This document shows, in pieces, positions 1 to 12,115 of a stretch of 64,000 nucleotides of DNA. Position 1 is the stretch's first letter; every line of letters begins with the position of its first letter. Source of the DNA: Blastocladiella emersonii ATCC 22665. Lineage: Eukaryota > Fungi > Blastocladiomycota. The stretch is taken from assembly GCA_025594325.1 (NCBI GenBank), contig JANHCV010000015.1:62001-126000 (forward strand), read 5' to 3'. The notes beneath the pieces are model-generated. The model had not been told where the DNA came from and searched no databases. It saw nothing but the letters and a program-made list of their open reading frames with translations. The position numbers were made by a program, and so were the translations under genes.

Positions 1-558
1 GGAGAGCGCCTGGGCGACATTTTGCTTCGAGACACGCGTTCAGGGCGACGCGTCGAGCACGTCGAGCATCACGGCGAGCAGCGAGTCGCGTGGGTGTCTC
101 CCCTGCGAGACATCACGTGTGAGGCGATCAAATTCAGGAGAAGCCCTGAGCTGTTCCCTACCTACACGCGGTGGTGCGGGTCAGCGCCAGCTTCTGACGG
201 GTCGACGCCAGAGGCGCGTACCAGGCGCGCAACGTCGTGCTCGACGCGGTCGGGGGCGCCGTCGTTGGTGTCGATCACGTCGGTGGGGCTGGTCTGGGTC
301 TGCACTCATCGAGAACCGCATCGTCAGCGAGCCACACTCGACGAGGCGCATGGTTGCACGGGAGACGCACCGCCTTGTCCACGCCGCGAGCCGCCCGAGA
401 ACGGTGCAGAGGTAGGCATGATGTTGAGGTGAGCGGTGATGGGTTTCCTGGGGAGCGTGTTGCAGCGGCCGCTCGTCGAGTCGGACACTCCTCTCGTCCT
501 CCCTCTCCCTCCCTGCCGCCCTGAGGGCTCTCATGTATCGCAACTAGACGCACCAACC

Positions 559-1703
559 ATGCCAACGACGCCCGCCACGCTGCAAGCCATCGACACCGAG
601 TACTCGGCCGACTCGGTCGAGACGTGCCCGTCGCGGCCGACGACCGTCGCCGTGGGCACGTACCAGCTGCGCAAGAAGCCGGGCGACGACGGGTCCGTCG
701 AGAAGGCGCTGCCGCCCGACCGCCTCGGCCGCCTGTACATGCACACGCTGGGCGGCGAGGACGAGGACACGCTGACCAAGGTGCAGCGCATCGAGATGCC
801 CGCGATCCTTGACATGAAGTGGGGATCGTGGACCGCCGATGCCGGCCGTGAGGGCGCCGACACGCTGGCGGTCGCCAACTCGGTCGGCCAGGTCCAGTTC
901 TGGCGGCTCGACGAGTGCGGGACCAAGGTCAGCCACCAGGCGACGTACGCGCTCGACGACGACAGCGTGCTGTGCCTGTCTCTCGAGTGGAACAACCGCA
1001 TGCCCGGGTACGCGCTGTTCTATCGTGGAAGCCTCAACCTCGCGCCTGACAACCGGGCCCATGTAGCCGCACCGCGACGCCGCAGGTCGCCGTGTCGCAG
1101 AGCGACGGCGGTCTCACGATCCTCGAAGCAACGCCAGCGGGCCTCACCGCGACACATGCGTGGACGGCGCACACGCTCGAGGCGTGGATCGCCGCGTTCG
1201 ACCCGTGGCACCCGACGACGCTGCTGAGCGGCGCCGACGACCTGGCGTTCAGCATGTGGGACCTGCGCAGCGGCGAGACCCCGACCACGCCGACCTTCCG
1301 CAACACGCGGACGCACGGCGCGGGCGTGTGCAGCATCCAGGGCAGCACGCACCGCGAGCACCTGGTGGCGACGGGCAGCTACGACGAGTACGTGCGGACG
1401 TGGGACGTGCGGTCGCTCGCGCGCCCGGTGTCCGAGGTGCACGTTGGCGGCGGCGCGTGGCGCATCAAGTGGCACCCGAGCGCTGACCGCGCGGGCGAGC
1501 TGCTGGCCGCCGGCATGCACGCCGGGTTCTTTGTCGTGGACACGGACAAGGGCGAGATCGTGACCGAGTACACGGCGCACTCGAGTCTCGCGTACGGCGT
1601 CGACTGGTGCGGCAGCGCGCTCGACCGTGTCGCGAGCTGCTCGTTCTACGACCACGCGCTGCACCTGTGGAAGGCCGAGGCCGAGGCCGAGTCGACGGCG
1701 TGA
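559..1703 (+). CDS. DPH7: WD40-repeat diphthine methylesterase (diphthamide biosynthesis, Dph7/WDR85-like), 2 exons
   Basis: ATG at 559 (MPTTPATLQAIDTEYSADSVETCP). GT-AG intron 1008-1066 joins ORF 436..1227 in frame to ORF 1092..1703. Dph7-like motifs: DTEYSADSVE, AILDMKW, HTLEAWIAAF, LATGSYDEYVRTWDVR, GGAWRIKWHP, SLAYGVDW, SCSFYDH. Confidence 0.88.
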
Positions 1704-1784
1704 CAGGGGAATAGAGAAGCCTGTTTGATTGGTTTCGCAGTGGGCTAGAAAGTTGGAGGGGCATCTATAGGACAGCATCGCGGC

Positions 1785-2382
1785 CTAGGCGGACACGGAC
1801 GACGGCTTGAGGAAGGCGTCGTTGCGCAACGCCGCGTACGCGGGCCGCACGAGCGACGTCTCGGCGACCTTGATGTCGGTCTTGATATCGAGGATCAGGT
1901 CGTCTGCGTGTGCGCGCACTGAGGTCAGCTACGGTTCACGTAATGAGAATGCGCGAGAACGTACCGAGCGACGTGTAGTTCTTCTCGTCGCGAATGTACC
2001 CGCACACGACGATCCGCAGGTCCTCGCCGTAAAAGTCGCTCTCGAACTCGTGGATGATGTGGACCTCGGCCGTGCGCTTCTCGTTCTTGAAGTACGGGTT
2101 CCACCCGACGCTCATGACCATCGGGTACGTCGTGTCGCTGCTGCCGACCGACGCCCACCCGTAGTAGATGCCGCTGTGGTTGCCCACGCTCGCAGCAATG
2201 TGGTCGGCGCCCGCCTGCGGCAGGTTCGCCGTCGGGATCCCCAGCTGCTTGCTGCCGCGCTGGAACCCCGTCTCGACGTTGCCGCGCGCGTACACTGGGT
2301 ACGGCGCCGTGGGCGTCGCCGCGTCGACGAGCAAAGGCCGGCCCGTCGCCGCGTCGGTCGGAATCGGGGCGGACATGGTCAT
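1785..2382 (-). CDS. FMN1: Riboflavin kinase, 2 exons
   Basis: GFQRGSKQLGIPTANL, GIYYGWA, MSVGWNPYFKNEKRTAEVHIIHEFESDFYG, GYIRDEKNYTSL; second exon DDLILDIKTDIKVA...; stop at 1785-1787. Confidence 0.95.
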
Positions 2383-2570
2383 TGCGTTGCGTGGTGATTC
2401 GGTGATTCGTTGCGGTCAAAGTGGGGCGCGTGTGAGGGAGGAGGGGACCCGCCGCGGGGCGGATTCTTTGACAAACCACGCGCGCCGCCGCCCCTGCTTC
2501 ATGCGGCTCGATGACGAAGCAGCCCCCTCTTGCGAACACAAATTTGCACGTGGAGGTTCTCTATTACGGT

Positions 2571-3495
2571 TTACACGAACACCTCCGAGTCGGCTGTTCC
2601 AGCGTTGAGCAGGTCGCTGTCCGTCGTGACGTCGAGCGACGCTATGTCCATGGCCAGGTCGTCCGTGGCCGCCGTCTCGGCATCGCCCGCCGGGTCGTCG
2701 TTGGCCTCCTCGTGGTCCTCGTCGAGCATGACCTCGGCCGCGGCCGGGGCCTCGGAGCGCTCGAGAGTGAAGGCGGGGCGCATGAGAGCTACACAGCCCG
2801 CCAACGTCAGTTAGCACTCGCCCTCAACAGCGGACGACAAGCAACGTACTCTCAGTGCGGTTGGACGTGAGCACGGGCCGCTGAGTGTCGTACTGGTCGG
2901 CCTCGTCGATGCGCTGGACGGCGTCGATCCACGAGATCCCCGGGTTCGCGCCGAGCACGGACACGAGGGCGTTGGTGAACGCGCCGCCGTTCGTGCCCCC
3001 GAGCGAGTACTGGTCGTCCTGCGACGCCGAGATGCAGACCACGGTGCCCGCGATCTCGTCGCCGCCGACGTCCAGGTCCGCGATGGACCCGTTCGAGCAC
3101 GAGTCCACGCTTATGACGAGCTGCGCGCCCTCAGGCAGACCCGCGAGGATCCCGCGGATCTCGTCGTCCGTGACGACGCCGTCGGCCGCGCACAGCACCT
3201 CGTTGAGCCCATCGGCCTCCTTGCCCGAGCTGTCCTCGCGCTGGCTGCCGTGGCCCGCGTACGAGAACAGCAGCGTGTCGCCCGGCTGCGCCTGTGCCAC
3301 CATGTCCCGCAGCCCGTCCAGGATCTGGTCGCGCGTCACGGGAGCCGCCGAGTCGGTGACGACGGAAACGTCCGCGATGCCCATGGTGCGCGCGAGCGCG
3401 CCCATGTTGCGCGCGTCCACGTCGCAACCCGGGATGGGGCTGCCGCCCTCGCCCGTCGGGTATGTCAGGCCGAAACAGAGTGCGCGGTTGACCAT
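2571..3495 (-). CDS. Metacaspase-like peptidase (C14), copy A, no prodomain, acidic C-terminal tail
   Basis: ALCFGLTY...GCDVDARNM; His motif FSYAGHG; Cys motif VDSCSNG; CISASQDDQYS. Intron 2849-2789 links ORF 2824..3495 in frame to the exon ending at 2571. Confidence 0.85.
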
Positions 3496-3974
3496 GGTTG
3501 GATGATAATGAAGCTACGTGAGTGCGCGGAGGGAGAGAGAGATCGGCATGTCTCAAGCCCCGGGTCGGCTAGTGCACCGGAATCCGCCACGCTTCTCCTC
3601 AAGCTGCGGGCCGGAGTGTCGTCTGGCCACCCGCAACGCGACGCGACGTTGGACGGGATCTCGTCTTCCGTCCGTGGGAGGCGACCGAGCCCGCACGGTC
3701 GTCGCCCGCCCGCGCTCTGGCGCGCGCGCGCGAGGGGCGTGGTTTTCATGCTGGTCGGCATCACACCGGCCATCAGCTCGCGGGCCCGCAGTCGTATAGG
3801 TGATACATCGCAGTCAAGTTGAGATCGGGGAGAGAGAAAACCCGCCGCGGTGCAGCTGCAGGTTTTGACGAGCGCGTCACGGCCGCCACCGCAGACTGCT
3901 GTTCGCTGCCCTTGCGAAGTCAAGGCCGTTTCGAGCAAGAGTCTGTACATTATTCTCCTCTAATCTATCGCGCA

Positions 3975-4906
3975 CTACATGAGCAGCTCAGAGTCGCCCG
4001 TCGCGGCGCCAATCAGGTCGCCGTCCGTGACCTCGAGCGTCGCCATGTCCATGGACAGGTCGTCCGTGGCCGCCTCGGTGGACTCGCCGCGGCCGAACAC
4101 GCCCGACAGGTAGTCGACGACCTCCTCGAAGAAGCCCTGGTCGTCCTCGAGCGGGACCGCGGTAGCGGACGGGTCGATGGTGAATGCGGGGCGCATCAGG
4201 GCTACAATCCCAGCAAACGTCAGTGCAGGCTCGCGACCACTTCACAGCGTGGAACCGTACCCTCGGCGCGGTTCGACGTGAGCACAGGCCGCTGGGTATC
4301 GAGGTGGTCAGCCTCGTCAATGAGCTGGACCGCGTCGACCCACGAGATGCCCGGGTTCTCGGCGAGCACCGACGCGAGCGCGTTGGTGAAGGCGCCGCCG
4401 GCGCCGGACCCCATAGACACCTGGTCGTCCTGCGCGGCCGAGATGCACACGACGTCGCCGGCGATCTCGTCGCCGTCGACATCCAGGTCGACCATGGTGC
4501 CCGAGTAGCACGCATCGATACTCAGCGTCATGGTGGCGCCCGCGGGGAGGCCGGCGAGGACCGCGCGGATCTCGTCGTCGGTGATGGGCCCGTCGGCCGC
4601 GCACAGCACCTCGTTCTTGCCGTCGGCCTCGTCGTCCGATGCGTCCGCGCGCTGGCTGCCGTGGCCCGCGTACGAGAAGAGGAGCGCGTCGCCGGGCTGC
4701 GCCTGCGCCACCATGTCGCGCAGACCGTCGAGAATCTGGTCGCGCGTCACGGGCGCCTCCGTGTCGGTGACGACCGTCACGTCCTCGATGCCCATGGTCG
4801 CCGCCAGCGCGCCCATGGTGTGCGCGTCCAGGTCCGAGCCCGGGATGGGGCTGCCGCCCTCGCCCGTCGGGTACGTGAGGCCGACGCAGAATGCGCGATG
4901 AACCAT
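3975..4906 (-). CDS. Metacaspase-like peptidase (C14), copy B, tandem paralog
   Basis: FSYAGHG and IDACYSG dyad motifs. Intron 4260-4202 at the same position as in copy A; both second exons begin LMRPAFT; near-identical 5' flank. Confidence 0.85.
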
Positions 4907-5282
4907 AGTTGGATGATAATAAAGCTACGTGGAAGTGGGTTTCTGGGGGGAGAAGGAGAGCGGGAGCCGGGCAGGAGCCGGGTGGCCTTTTGAAGGGCGC
5001 CGACTGGGCGCCGACCAAGCCCCGAAGCGCACGCACCGCCACCGTGCTTGCCCTCGCCCGACTTCACCGCAGTGCCTGGCCGGCGACGCGCGGCGCGGGA
5101 CAGTACATAACAAGGGTCTCTATATTTCTACATTTCGTTCGACTCGGTCGGTCCACGAGTGACGACATGGGGGTCCGAGGATCCCGTTCAGTCTCCACAC
5201 TTTTGCACACGAGGGACGACGCGTCGCGCCGCGGCCGTTCCTGCACCACTTCCGGTTGACATCATCACGCCCGCCATCAAGC

Positions 5283-7077
5283 TCACATCCACCCGCTCTC
5301 GTACAGCCACACGGCGGCGTGGATGGCCCACGACTCGAGCTGGTCCTTGACGCGCGTGAGGAGCGGGAGGTCCTCCTCGTCTTCCTCGGCCTCGCCCTCC
5401 TCGTCGCTGGATCGCGGGCGCCGCGACGTCATGTCGATGACGGCGGCACTCATGACGGACACGCTGGCCCACTCGGACAGCCCGAGCGAGCGCGCGACGC
5501 TGCGCAGGAGGTCGTTGGTCTTGAACACGAGTAGCAGCGGGCGCGGGACCTGGGCGAGGACCTGCGCGATCTCGACAAAGTACGCCTGCGCGCTCGACGA
5601 CACGCTCGTCAGCTCGTCGCCGTTACGCTCGCTCGCCACACCACCACCGTTCGTCCCGTCGCCGACAATCGTCTCCCAGCTGCGGCCCGTCAGCATGCAC
5701 GCGAACAGGTGGTACATGTCGACGTGCGCAACGCGGCGCGACCAGTCGCGGATCCCGGCCTCGTCGCCGCGGATCAGCGCGCGCCACAGGTGCGCGTACC
5801 CGTGGCGGAACGCCGGCGACAGCTCGCGGTACAGGCCGTGGTCGAGCAGCACGATGGTGAAGTTGCGCGGGCGCCAGAAGCGGGCGAGGAACGGCAGAGT
5901 CCGGGTCGCGCGCGGCTGCACCATCAGGTTGCCCGGGTGCGGGTCCGCGTGCAGGAACCCGTGCTTGAAGATCATGTCCGAGAAGGCCCGCGTCAGCTCG
6001 CACGCGACCTGGCTCGGGCTGATGCCGTGCTGACGCAGGTACTCGAGGTCGTCGATGCGGCTGCCCTCGGCGACTAGTTGCGCGCGCGGGTGTGAGTTGC
6101 GCCGTTGGGTGGGCGAGAAAATGAGCGGGCAGCGTACACTCCATGCACAGTAACCGCTCGTCGGCCCAGTACACGGCGGGGACCTTGATGAGCCGCGACG
6201 ACCCGGCAAAGTTGGCCGTGACGCGCGCCGTGTTCTTGGCCTCGTGGCGGAAGCTACGGTACGCGGGTCGGTGAGTATAAGTAACGTCGTGCGTGCTTGA
6301 GAGAGAATCACGTACTCGAGCTCGAGCGGGAGATTGTCGCGCATCTCGTCGGCGAGCCAACCAAACTCGAATTCGGGGAACAAGATCTTGACCATCTGCA
6401 CGAAGCTGGCCGTGAGCTCAATGTCGAGCATGGAGAAGGTGCGGATCTCCGGGTGCTGCATCTTGATGGCGACGCGGCGCCCGTCCTTGAGCGTGGCGCG
6501 GTGCACTTGGGCGACGGACGCGACTAGAATGGTTGCGACATCAGAACCGCGGACCATAAACGCGCCTTCTCGCGATCAGCGTACCGCCGAGAGGCTCTGG
6601 GTCGAAATCGTCAAACACGTCGTCGAGCCCGACCCCGCGGTCGCGGCGGAACATGGCGTCGAGGTCGGCGACGGGCGTGGGCGGGCACTGGTCCTGCAAA
6701 ACCCGCATGGTCTGCACGTATTCGGTGGGCAGCAGGTACTCCATGGCAGCAATGTGCTGGCCGAGCTTCACGTAGACGCCGCCGTTCTTCTCGGCCGCCG
6801 CCAGGATCCGCTGTGCGCTGCGCAGGTGCACCTCGCTCTTGAGCGCGCGATACGCGGCCTCGTCGCCATCGACGGGCCCGTCCCGCAGCGTCCACTTGTA
6901 GTCGGCGACGATCGACACGCCCGTCACCACGGTGCGCAAGGACCGCACGGCGGCGCGCGCGAGAAACATCGGGTCGCGGTCGGCGCCCGTCAGGGCCAGC
7001 GAGCCCGCGACGCTCGCGCCGCCGAGGACCGCGGTTGCGAGGATCGCCCGGCGCGCGGTTCGGGCAAAGTGATACAT
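5283..7077 (-). CDS. ABC1/ADCK (UbiB-family) atypical kinase, ADCK1/Mcp2-like, multi-exon
   Basis: ATG at 7077 (MYHFARTARR, mitochondrial-presequence-like); NGGVYVKLGQHIA, LQDQCP, ASVAQVHRA, VAIKMQHP, GFLHADPHPGN, LLDHGLY. Confidence 0.9.
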
Positions 7078-7679
7078 GGTAGTGTGAAGCGGTTGTTGAA
7101 TGTGGGAGAGAGAGGGAAGGGGTGCTGACAGGCGCGGGTCAAGGGGGAAAGCGATCGGAACCCCGAGGGTCGAGCCGCGGGATCGGGATCGGTGGCCGGC
7201 CGCGCCGCGCCTCAACACCTCTCGCCGCAACCCGGTCGACATCAACAACCACCATTGACGCTCATTTTCGGCACGGCGATGTTTTTCAAACGCGGCGACC
7301 CAATGCACCAAGCTTAGCGCCGTCGTCGCGTCCCCACACGGCGGAACGGCGGCTCGGCAAAAGCGAAACCTCGAGAGCGCCCGATCAGGTGACGCAGCGT
7401 GACGTCGGAAACAGAGCCGCACCGCTCTCTCCCCGCGGCCCTCGCCGTCGCCGGCGGCCGGCTGGCGGGCGCGCGCAGGCCATGTCGTTGCCCTCGACGC
7501 CGTCGCAGCCCGCCCGTGTGATCGCCGACTACCACGTAGCTCCACGCATCTTGAACCAGCAGCTGCGCCCTTGACCCGGCTCCCTGCTACGCGATCGACC
7601 TCCCGACTGGCCTCCACGCCCCCGTCCTCGTTTCCGCCCCTCTCTACGAAACCCCCGAAACCCGTCCAATCGATCCACC

Positions 7680-8609
7680 ATGGCGGAGAACCAGTTCACG
7701 TGCCGCATGTACGAGGCCAAGTTCCCCGAGCTCGAGGACCTGGTCATGGTCAACGTGCGCCAGATCGCCGACATGGGCGCGTACGTGCGCCTGCTCGAGT
7801 ACGACGGCATCGAGGGCATGATCCTGCTGTCGGAGCTGTCGCGCCGGCGCATCCGGTCGATCCAGAAGCTGATCCGCGTCGGCCGCAACGAGGTGGCGCT
7901 CGTGCTGCGCGTCGACAAGGAGAAGGGCTACATTGACCTGTCCAAGCGCCGCGTCGCGCCCGAGGACCTCATCAAGTGCGAGGAAAAGTTCAACAAGTCC
8001 AAGGCCGTCCACTCGATCATGCGCCACGTCGCCGAGAAGCTCAACCTCGTCCTGCAGGACCTGTACGAGCAGTTCGGCTGGCCCCTGTACCGCCGCTACG
8101 GCCACGCCTACGACGCCTTCAAGCTCGCCATCTCGGACCCCGACCGCGTCTTCGAGGGCCTCGAGATCGAGCCCGAGATCATGGCCGAGCTCATCTCCAA
8201 CATCAAGCGGCGAATGACCCCGCAGCCCGTCAAGGTCCGCGCCGACGTCGAGGTCACCTGCTACGGCTACGAGGGCATCGACGCCATCAAGGCCGCCCTC
8301 ACCACCTGCGAGTCCTTCTCCAACGAGGAGGTGCCCATCAAGGTCCGCCTCGTCGCCCCGCCACTCTACGTCATCACCACCATCACCACCGACAAGGTGC
8401 TCGGCATTGAGACCCTCGAGCGCGCCATCGCCGCCATGCAGGACGCCATCGCCGCCCACGGCGGTAACGTCAGCATCAAGATGAAGCCCCGCGCCGTCTC
8501 GGCCACCGACGAGAAGGAGCTGGCCGAGCTCATGGAGCGCTTCGAGCGCGAGAACGCCGAGGTCTCGGGCGACGACGACGACGAGGACGCCGAGGCCGAC
8601 GACGAGTAA
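7680..8609 (+). CDS. SUI2: Translation initiation factor eIF2 alpha subunit
   Basis: CRMYEAKFPELEDLVMVNV...IEGMILLSELSRRRIRSIQKLIRVG (Ser51 loop), GYIDLSKRRV, VRADVEVTC, LVAPPLYV; acidic C-terminus. Confidence 0.98.
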   Translation: MAENQFTCRMYEAKFPELEDLVMVNVRQIADMGAYVRLLEYDGIEGMILLSELSRRRIRSIQKLIRVGRNEVALVLRVDKEKGYIDLSKRRVAPEDLIKCEEKFNKSKAVHSIMRHVAEKLNLVLQDLYEQFGWPLYRRYGHAYDAFKLAISDPDRVFEGLEIEPEIMAELISNIKRRMTPQPVKVRADVEVTCYGYEGIDAIKAALTTCESFSNEEVPIKVRLVAPPLYVITTITTDKVLGIETLERAIAAMQDAIAAHGGNVSIKMKPRAVSATDEKELAELMERFERENAEVSGDDDDEDAEADDE

Positions 8610-8898
8610 GAGTTTTTGTCCGTGTGTGTGTATCACTGTGGCCGTGTCTCTCCTTGCATCCGAACCCTTTCTCTCCCGCCCGCCCGCCCGCCCCTCTTTC
8701 GCTTCCCCACCCAACACCTGTGTTCCTCCCCCCTTCCCCTCCCTATAGTCTCGTTTTCTTGATTTTGTTTGCTCTCCTGTCTCTCTGCTCTGCATCAGTG
8801 GCTCTGGATCACGCACGCACGCTAGTTGTATATCAGGTCAGTTCAATAGGCAGGAAGTGCTCGGGCTCCCGTGGTCGCCACCACGACTCAGACTCGCT

Positions 8899-10407
8899 CT
8901 ACTCGTCCGAGCCAAAGTAGCGGTCGCCGTAGTTGCCGATACCCGGCAGAATGTGGTACTGGTCGTTGATCTCGGGGTCGACCTCGCTGACGACGATCTT
9001 GACCTTGGGGAACGCGCGGGCGACGGCGTGGAGGCCGGGCGGCGCGGCGATCAGTGTGGCGAGCACGATGCGGTCCTCGGGGACGCTGTGGTCGAGCAGG
9101 ACGCGGATCGCCATCATGGCGGCGGCGCCCGTGGCGACGGTCGCGTCCATGAGCAGCACGCTGCGCTGGGCGACGTCGGTCGGCAGCTTCGAGTAGTGCA
9201 GCTCGGGCTCGCCCGTCTTGGGCGAGCTCTGGATCAGCAGCTTGCCGATCGACACGTCCTTGGACACGCGGCGCAGCGACGCCTCCATGATCTCGCCCGA
9301 CCGCATGATCGACACGCCGCACAGGCCGCCGGCCGCGTGCGCGAGCCCGGCAAACTGCGCGCCCGTCGGCGTCGTCACGTTGAGCGGCTCGAACGGGAAC
9401 TCGGCCAGCGCGCGCTCCACGACCAGGCAGCTGAGCCGGTCGCTGTAGAAGATGAAGTCGGACCGCGCCGTGGTCGCGTCGCGCAGGATCGTGTGCAGGG
9501 CGCGCAGCTGGCCGCGCGGCGGCATCACGAGCACCGACGCGGGGAGCTCCGTCGACGAGAAATTCTCCTTGGCCAGCAGGTGGCGGAACGACTGCCCGCG
9601 CTCGTCGAGCTGCCGGATAATGTGCTTGTTGATCAGGTCGACGGCCACCGTGTTGTCCTTGCCGCGCGGCGCGATGATGTCGGCCCACTTCATGGTCGGG
9701 TAGATGAACTCGTCGAACGCCGGCTTGACGAACCGGTGGTACTGCTGCAGCACGCCCGCCGCGTCGCGCCCGCGCTCGGCAATGTCGCGGCGCAGGCGGC
9801 GCGCGAGGCGCACGTCGCTGTCCGTGTCGACAAACACCTTGAGGTCCATGAGGTCGCGCACGTTCTTGTCGTAGAGCGCGAAGATGCCCTCGAAGATGAC
9901 CACGTTGGCGCCGTAGATCTTCTCGACCTTGTCGGCGAGCCGCGAGTGCGTCGTGAAGTCGTAGACGGGCACTTCGACGGCCTTGCCGAGCTTGAGCCCC
10001 TCGAGCACCTCGAACAGCCGCTCGTAGTCGAACGACGACGGGTGGTCGAAGTCGTGCTCGTTGCGGTGCGCCGCCGCAATCTGCTCGGGCGTCAGCGACT
10101 TGTAGAACGAGTCCATGGACAGCAGCACCACCTGCGGGCCCAGGCTGCGCAGGATCCGCTGCGCGATGCTCGTCTTGCCCGACGCACTGCCGCCCGACTA
10201 GACACGGGCGGGGTCGATCGTATGTGTCAACGGGATACTCGTTGGACCACGGAGAGCGCTCGCTAGTACCATGCCCACAATGTACGGCCGCTGCGGCTCG
10301 CCGTCCATGTTGTACCACGGCATGCGGCCCGACACGTAGGTCTTGGACACGCGGCCCTTGGGCGCCGCAGCAGCGGGAGCAGCGCTGGTCGTCGATGCGT
10401 CCGCCAT
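8899..10407 (-). CDS. URK1: Uridine kinase with C-terminal UPRT-like domain (Urk1/UCKL1)
   Basis: GRMPWYN...PYIVG exon, then GGSASGKT P-loop, SMDSFYK, DFDHPSSFD, FVDTDSDVRLARR; UPRT part FIFYSDRL, GKLLIQS, LPGIGNYGDRYFG; one intron near 10200-10270. Confidence 0.93.
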
Positions 10408-12115
10408 GGTTGTCGATGCGTAGTACAGGTGGCGAGAGGGGGTGTTGCCGCAACCGCGTTGCGGAAGGGGAAAAAAGAGAAGAAAGGCTGCACGAGCGCC
10501 GAGACCCTTCCGGTGCACCGAAAGCTCCAAAGCCGCGGCGGCGCAGCAACCGCTCACGCGACGCGCGCGCCACTCCTGTCCCTGCGTCAACAAGCCGGCC
10601 AAGGTCGCCAACCGCGAGGTTGCCGCCGCCACGCTGCCCTTGCCGCTGGTCAAAAAGTGTCCTCGGCCACACACCGCCGTGGGGAATCGGCAGTGTCCAC
10701 CAGAAACCTGTTCCCCGTTCCTCGCCCCTCCCCTTCCCTCCGTCAACAAGTCGCTGGTCACCGCGCCCAACCTCCCACGCCCACTGCCCTCGCCCACTGC
10801 CCTCGTCCACCCCTCGTCCAACATCCCTCGACCTCTCCCACCTTCAACTCGATGGCCTTCGTCCGTGTGGCAGGCGACTCCGCACGGACGAGCAGCGTCG
10901 CCGAGTCCCCAAAGCAACGTGGCAACGTGGCTGGCTGGCTGCTCACGTTGTCTATCATTGCTAGCTTATGCGGACCGAACGAGATGAGGAAAGCTTATGC
11001 TGGCACCAGGCATACACGCAACCATGGTGAAAATTCGTCTGTGGCTCCTGATCGTTCGGCTCGACGTTGTCGCGCATATTTTGCTACTTTGGCCATCCGG
11101 GAGCGAGTTCGCGCGCAACACATCGTCCCGAGCACTGTGCGCGCGTCCTTGAACGGTTATGCGGTCGAAGGTGTCGACCGGCGAGAGGGCATGAGATGGA
11201 GTACATTGGTCGAGAGGAAGCTGCCTGAGCGTGCGGGGATTGTACGCGACCAACGAGTTCGGACGGGTCGAACGAGCGATCTTGCTATAGCGACCGGTTG
11301 AGTGAGCAGTGCGGGACGCAGCTAGCGTGATAAAGCAGCAACTTGAACACGACGAGCATGTCAACCGAAGAGTGTAGCTCTTAGCCATCGGCCGTGGACC
11401 CGCGCTCGAGAAAGAGCGCCGCGCCGGTGGCGGCCAAAGAGCGTCAACCGGTTAGACGCGTGCGCCGAGACGCAGCGACCGACCGGTAGGACGATCTTGG
11501 GCGCTAATTTACCTCAACGACCGTGAAAGATACGAGGCCGGCAAGGTGATAAAACGCCCGAGAGAGAGCAAGTATGCGCTGGCCGCGCGGCGCGGTTTTG
11601 AGGCGACCACGACCGCGGCGCACGTGCAACGTTGCCAGGCCGCAGAAGCGATGGCGATCGTTCGGTGCACCTTTGAGCGAAGCGGGAACCTGTACCTTTC
11701 ATGATGTTCAACCGTAGTATTTAGTTGACGGAGCGAGCCCCTCAAGCGCGACGCTAGATCGCGAGCCAGGTTGGAGATCGCTTCGGAAGGGCCGCCAGAA
11801 TCAGGCTCACGCGCTGAAGCCGCAGCGTGTCACACGGTGGCCACGCGAGCCCGTTGCGACAAGTCTCCATACGATTACATTGCGGTGGTACGAGTGGGAT
11901 AACCTCGTAGGAGTCAGCGGCGGCGGCCTGCTCGGCGAGGCGGAAATGCGCGTCACTCCGATTCCACGTGCCGCATGCGAGACGCGATTGTCTCGCAAGA
12001 ACGCCACACGGCGACGCCGCACTCCGAGTCGTGCGCATACATTTGAACCTTTCGCACGCAAAAGGCTGGGCGCACGACCTTCTTCTTTGCCTGCTCCCCG
12101 TCAGTTGCCTACACA

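Noticed and set aside
8857-10810. 469-aa and 640-aa ORFs overlapping URK1
   Set aside because: Alternate-frame and antisense shadows; only the short first exon is shared with the real gene.
10430-12100. ORFs of 65-290 aa in the URK1 upstream region
   Set aside because: No motifs, no coding-like codon bias and no consistent splice model; treated as intergenic.
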